The notes under the pieces: model-generated
What the model was told of the DNA's origin: nothing
Database searches by the model: none
What the model saw: only the letters and a program-made list of their open reading frames with translations
In this document: piece by piece, positions 59,855-64,000 of the stretch
Layout of the letters: every line of letters starts with the position of its first letter
Numbering within the stretch: the first letter of the stretch is position 1
NCBI GenBank assembly: GCA_026387775.1
Contig: JAPLLC010000220.1
Location: forward strand, 1,203-65,202
Length of the DNA: 64,000 bases
Source: Candidatus Methylomirabilota bacterium
GTDB taxonomy: Bacteria > Methylomirabilota > Methylomirabilia > Methylomirabilales > 2-02-FULL-66-22
Direction of reading: 5' to 3'
Translations under genes and position numbers: made by a program

Positions 59855-61933
59855 ATGGCGAAGAAGCAAGCAGGCATGACGCGGCGTGAGTTTTTGCGCA
59901 ACACCGGCTTGGCCACGGGCGCGGTGGCTTTGGCCGGGCTTGCCCCGACCACCACGCTGACCGCACAGGCGGGCGAGCAGAAGATCGGTGCCCAGCTCAT
60001 CGGCAAGCTGGAGGGCCCCGAGTTGGTCCTGGATCCCGCCAAGTGGCCCAAGAAGTTCGGCGAGGCCCCTGCGCTGGCCGAGCTGGTGAAGGCCGGCAAG
60101 CTCCCCCCGGTGGAGAAGCGCATCCCCGAGGAGCCGATGGTCGTGAAGCCGCTGCACAGCATCGGCAAGTACGGCGGCACGTGGCGGCGGGGCTTCACCG
60201 GGCCCGGTGACGCCGAGAACGGGAACCGCATCGTCTCCACGGACAAGATCCTCTTCTGGGACTACACCGGGACCAAGGTCATGCCGTGCCTCGCGAAGGA
60301 CTGGAAGGTGAGCGACGACGGTCGCGTCGTCGCCATCACGCTGCGCAAGGGGCACAAGTGGTCCGACGGCCAGCCGTTCACCGTGGACGACTTCGTCTTC
60401 TGGTATGAAGACGTGTACATGAACAAGGACATCCAGCCGAGCCCGCATCCCGACTTCATGGTGAATGGCAAGCCGGGCCGCCTTTACAAGCGCGACGACT
60501 ACACGGTGGTCTTCGAGTTCCCGGAGCCCAACTACCTGTTCGTGGACATCCTGGCGGGCAGCACCGCCATGGGCGGTGGCCAGGCCACTCAGCAGTTCTT
60601 CGGCCGTACCATGGGCGCCTACATGCCCGCCCATTACATCAAGCAGTTCCTGCCCAAGTACTCGTCGCGGGACGAGGTGGATAAGAAGGCCAAGGCGGCG
60701 GGTTTCGATGGCTGGCTGAGCTACATCAAGAACCGCTGGGATTGGCACCTGAATACCGAGCTGCCGACGCTCGGCCCCTGGAGGACCGTCAGCCCCGCGA
60801 ACACACCGACCTGGGGGCTCGAGCGCAATCCCTATTACTACGGCATCGACAGCGAGGGAAACCAGCTTCCCTACATCGACAAGATCAACATGGGGCTGGC
60901 CGAGAACCTGGAGGTCCTGAACCTGCGCGCCATCGCGGGCCAATACGACCTGCAGGAGCGGCACACCGGCATGGGGAGGATTCCCGTCTTCCTGGAGAAC
61001 CGCAGCAAGGGCAACTACGACGTTCGCCTAGACCCGGCTCTGAACGGGTCGGATGCCACACTGCAGGTGAACCATGCCTACGAGGGAGATCCCGAGGTGG
61101 CGAAGTGGTTGCACAATCGGGACTTCCGCCGGGCGCTCTCCCTCGGCATCGAGCGCGACCAGCTCAACGAAACCTTCTGGCTGGGGATCGGCGTGGCCGG
61201 CTCCATCATTCCGGCGGACAGTTCCCCCTATAGCCCGGGAGCCGAGTGGCGGAAGAAGTGGTCCACGTACAATCCGAAGCAAGCCAACGAACTGCTGGAC
61301 AAGATCGGCCTGACGAAGAAGGACAGTGAGGGCTACCGGCTGCGGACCGACGGCAAGGGGCGGCTGCGCATCGAGATGCAGACGTCGGCGGGGGCTTTCA
61401 TCCCCCACACCCAGGTCGCTGAGATGATCAAGGAGCACTGGAAGAAGATCGGCATCCAGGCAGACGCCAAGGAGCTGGAGCGCGGTCTCTTCTTCACCCG
61501 CTGCAAGGCCAACGAACACCAAATCGCCATCTGGGCGAATGACGGCACAGAGGTACTCTATCTCTTCCCGCGCCACGCCTTGCCGGTGGATCCGGTGGAG
61601 GCGCTGTTGGGCCACCCGATCGCCGATTGGTTTGCCAGCAACGGGAAGGCCGGAAAAGCGCCGGCGGACCCGGAGATGCTCAAGGCCCTGGAAATGTTCC
61701 GTTCCGCGGGGGCCAAGAAGACCGCTCAGGAGCGCTACAAGGTCGCCCAGGAGATCTTCAAGATCATCGTGGATAACCAGTTCTCCATCGGCACGGTCGG
61801 ACAGTCGCCTGCCACCATGGGCGTGCGGATCGTAAGCAAGAAGCTGGGCAACATCCCCGCCCGCGAAGTCAATGCCCAGCACGCCCGGACCCCGTGTAGC
61901 TCGCATCCGACTACGTTCTTCTTCAAGTCGTAA
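59855..61933 (+). CDS. ABC transporter substrate-binding protein, family 5, paralogue of 54318..56390
   Basis: The leader is MAKKQAGMTRREFLRNTGLATGAVALAG. It is collinear with the first copy and roughly three-quarters identical by eye along the full length. A GAGGAGGA RBS precedes ATG 59855. Confidence 0.85.
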   Translation: MAKKQAGMTRREFLRNTGLATGAVALAGLAPTTTLTAQAGEQKIGAQLIGKLEGPELVLDPAKWPKKFGEAPALAELVKAGKLPPVEKRIPEEPMVVKPLHSIGKYGGTWRRGFTGPGDAENGNRIVSTDKILFWDYTGTKVMPCLAKDWKVSDDGRVVAITLRKGHKWSDGQPFTVDDFVFWYEDVYMNKDIQPSPHPDFMVNGKPGRLYKRDDYTVVFEFPEPNYLFVDILAGSTAMGGGQATQQFFGRTMGAYMPAHYIKQFLPKYSSRDEVDKKAKAAGFDGWLSYIKNRWDWHLNTELPTLGPWRTVSPANTPTWGLERNPYYYGIDSEGNQLPYIDKINMGLAENLEVLNLRAIAGQYDLQERHTGMGRIPVFLENRSKGNYDVRLDPALNGSDATLQVNHAYEGDPEVAKWLHNRDFRRALSLGIERDQLNETFWLGIGVAGSIIPADSSPYSPGAEWRKKWSTYNPKQANELLDKIGLTKKDSEGYRLRTDGKGRLRIEMQTSAGAFIPHTQVAEMIKEHWKKIGIQADAKELERGLFFTRCKANEHQIAIWANDGTEVLYLFPRHALPVDPVEALLGHPIADWFASNGKAGKAPADPEMLKALEMFRSAGAKKTAQERYKVAQEIFKIIVDNQFSIGTVGQSPATMGVRIVSKKLGNIPAREVNAQHARTPCSSHPTTFFFKS

Positions 61934-61957
61934 GCCGGAAGACGTCTCGTTCGTGGC

Positions 61958-61992
61958 GAAGCCGTCCCGCGCACAGAGCGCGGGACGGCTTC
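61958..61992 (+). terminator. 15-bp stem-loop between the substrate-binding gene and the permease genes (attenuator/RNA-stabilising hairpin)
   Basis: GAAGCCGTCCCGCGC-acaga-GCGCGGGACGGCTTC. Confidence 0.4.
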
Positions 61993-62017
61993 CCTCCCCT
62001 CGTAGAGGGCATAGAGT

Positions 62018-63010
62018 ATGCTTGCCTATCTGGTCCGCAGATTGATTCTCGCCGTTCTGACGATGTGGGCGGTCTCCGTCCTCTCCTTCGTGGTCATCCA
62101 GCTTCCGCCGGGTGACTACATCACCTCCTACATCGCCCAGATGTCGTCCTCGGGCAGCTTCGTCTCCGAGCAGGAGGCGAACGCCCTCCGCCAGCAATAC
62201 GGCCTGGATCAGCCGCAGTACATCCAGTACATCCGGTGGATGAAGATGGTCGTCCACGGGAACTTCGGCATGGCCCTGGAGTACGGCCGGCCCGTCTCGG
62301 AGGTGATCGGAGACCGCATCTACCTCACCATGGTGGTCTCCGTGGCGGCGATCATTTTTACCTGGTGCGCGGCCTTGCCCATCGGCATCTACTCGGCGGT
62401 CCGCCAGTATTCGTTCGGGGACTACGTGGCCACCTTCATCGGCTTCATCGGACTGGCAATCCCCAGCTTTCTGCTGGCCCTGATCCTGATGTACTTCGGC
62501 TTCACGTTATTCAATGCCAACATCGGAGGCCTCTTCTCGGATGAGTTCGCCGAAGCCCCCTGGTCGATCGCCAAGCTCTGGGATCTGACCAAGCATCTGC
62601 CCCTGCCGGGCGTGATCCTGGGTCTGGCCGGGACGGCGCAGCTCATTCGCATCATGCGGGCGAACCTGTTGGACGAGCTGGGAAAGCCCTACGTCGTGAC
62701 GGCCCGTGCCCGCGGCCTGTCCGAGGCCCGGCTGATCATCAAGTACCCGGTCCGGGTGGCCCTGAACCCCTTCGCCAGCACCATCGGGTACCTGCTCCCG
62801 TATGTGGTCTCCGGGAGCATCATCGTCTCGCTGGTGCTGAGCCTGCCCACGGTTGGGCCGCTCCTGCTCAAGTCCCTGGTGGCCCAGGACATGTTCCTGG
62901 CCGGGACCATCGTCCTGCTGCTGGGCGTCATGACGGTCATCGGGACGTTCCTCTCGGACCTTCTCCTGATGTGGATTGATCCCCGCATCCGGTTCGAGGG
63001 GAAGCAATGA
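62018..63010 (+). CDS. ABC transporter permease (DppB/OppB type)
   Basis: The N-terminus is MLAYLVRRLILAVLTMWAVSVLSFVVIQLPPGD and the EAA loop is VVTARARGLSEARLIIKYPVRVALNP. Confidence 0.85.
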   Translation: MLAYLVRRLILAVLTMWAVSVLSFVVIQLPPGDYITSYIAQMSSSGSFVSEQEANALRQQYGLDQPQYIQYIRWMKMVVHGNFGMALEYGRPVSEVIGDRIYLTMVVSVAAIIFTWCAALPIGIYSAVRQYSFGDYVATFIGFIGLAIPSFLLALILMYFGFTLFNANIGGLFSDEFAEAPWSIAKLWDLTKHLPLPGVILGLAGTAQLIRIMRANLLDELGKPYVVTARARGLSEARLIIKYPVRVALNPFASTIGYLLPYVVSGSIIVSLVLSLPTVGPLLLKSLVAQDMFLAGTIVLLLGVMTVIGTFLSDLLLMWIDPRIRFEGKQ

Positions 63011-64000
63011 CCGAGCCCGCGAGCCGGCCCGCCCCGCTGATCGACGAGGAAGCGACGCCGCCGACCTCCGCCGCCGAGGAGCGCATCTCCGTCGCCACCC
63101 AGTGGCAGCTCATGTGGTGGCGGTTCAAGAAGCATCGCCTGGCCATGGCGAGCACCGTCGTGGTGCTTCTCTTCTACCTGGTGGTGATCTTCGCCGACTT
63201 TCTGGCCTACTCGAATCCGCTGGCCTCCGAGGCGCAGCGCTCCTTGCTGCCGCCGCAGCGGATCCACTGGTTCGACGAGGGGCGGTTCTTCCCTCACGTC
63301 TACGGCTTCACCGGCATGCGCGACCCGAACACTTTCAAGCGCGTCTATACCCCGGACATTAACAAAAAGATCCCCGTCAGGTTCTTCGCCCGCGGCTTCG
63401 AGTACCGCCCGTTCGGTCTGATCCCGATGAACCTTCACCTCATCGGGGTCGAGGGCACGACCCCCGAGGAGTCGCTGTTCCTGCTCGGCACCGACGAACA
63501 GGGCCGCGACCTCTGGTCCCGGCTGATGTACGGGACGCAGACCTCGCTCATCATCGGCCTGGTCGGCGTCAGCCTCAGCCTGCTCCTGGGGGTCTTCCTG
63601 GGAGGGATCTCGGGTCTCTACGGCGGCATCCTCGACACCGTCATCCAGCGCGTCATCGAGATCCTGCGCTCCATCCCGACCATCCCGTTGTGGATGGGGC
63701 TGGCGGCCGCCCTTCCCAACGACTGGAGTGTCACGCAGGTCTACTTCGCCATCACCATCATCATCTCGCTGATCGGCTGGACCGAGTTGGCCCGCGTCGT
63801 GCGCGGCCGCTTCCTCTCGCTGCGCCAGGAGGACTTCGTCATGGCGGCGGAGCTCTGCGGCTGCGGGCAGATGCGGATCATCTTCACGCACCTCGTGCCC
63901 TCGTTCCTGAGCCACATCATCGCGGCGACGACCCTGGCCGTCCCGGCCATGATCATCAGCGAGACATCCCTGAGCTTCCTGGGCCTGGGACTGCGGCCGC
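63007..64000 (+). CDS. ABC transporter permease (DppC/OppC type), 3' end outside the window
   Basis: This ORF is not in the track because no stop lies within the window. My translation is MTEPASRP...QWQLMWWRFKKHRLAMASTVVVLLFYLVVIFADFLAYSNP...LGTDEQGRDLWSRLMYGTQTSLIIGLVGV...FVMAAELCGCGQMRIIFTHLVPSFLSHII. The ATG overlaps the upstream stop (ATGA). Confidence 0.85.
   Translation, partial: MTEPASRPAPLIDEEATPPTSAAEERISVATQWQLMWWRFKKHRLAMASTVVVLLFYLVVIFADFLAYSNPLASEAQRSLLPPQRIHWFDEGRFFPHVYGFTGMRDPNTFKRVYTPDINKKIPVRFFARGFEYRPFGLIPMNLHLIGVEGTTPEESLFLLGTDEQGRDLWSRLMYGTQTSLIIGLVGVSLSLLLGVFLGGISGLYGGILDTVIQRVIEILRSIPTIPLWMGLAAALPNDWSVTQVYFAITIIISLIGWTELARVVRGRFLSLRQEDFVMAAELCGCGQMRIIFTHLVPSFLSHIIAATTLAVPAMIISETSLSFLGLGLRP

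Overview
This is a high-GC, densely coding bacterial chromosomal window. GC looks like the mid/upper 60s % by eye; I did not compute it. I can support about 50 protein genes. I found no rRNA, tRNA or CRISPR array.

Gene content in order:
- metG (3' part) and purM.
- An amidohydrolase and a DcuC-type carrier, followed by a decayed second carrier copy.
- A LysR regulator divergent from an M20 peptidase and a four-gene Na+-translocating biotin decarboxylase (Mmd/Gcd type).
- An aminotransferase, a MATE pump and a CN-hydrolase.
- A magnesium module on the minus strand: promoter, M-box riboswitch, terminator, an NRMT-like Nramp gene, then a soluble PRC/MgtE_N/CBS protein.
- A secreted retropepsin-like protease, a hicAB-like pair, an MFS transporter and a DinB protein.
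- A tetraheme cytochrome c followed by a multicopper-oxidase remnant.
- A low-GC islet with a secreted ankyrin-repeat protein, a TA-flanked MITE and a lipoprotein.
- An HpcH aldolase, OsmC and a polar amino-acid ABC system.
- A large FAD flavoprotein and a POTRA-less Omp85 barrel.
- The hopanoid side-chain genes hpnI-J-K-L.
- An SDR, a molybdopterin oxidoreductase and an OmpR/HK two-component pair.
- queF, doxX, a threonine-dehydratase-like enzyme, a sugar-phosphate isomerase and a TPR protein.
- A 1224-aa DUF255(YyaL)-aldo/keto-reductase fusion and a 742-aa rhomboid-TPR protein.
- Two paralogous family-5 substrate-binding genes with duplicated promoters. They bracket a frameshifted nrtR plus nadA-nadC, and two ABC permeases follow.

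The intergenic space is colonised by at least four families of small palindromic or MITE-like repeats. Several of them abut or supply stop codons.

The most interesting candidate system is the M-box / NRMT-like Nramp / stand-alone MgtE-sensor-domain operon. All functional calls come from motif recognition by eye and need database confirmation.
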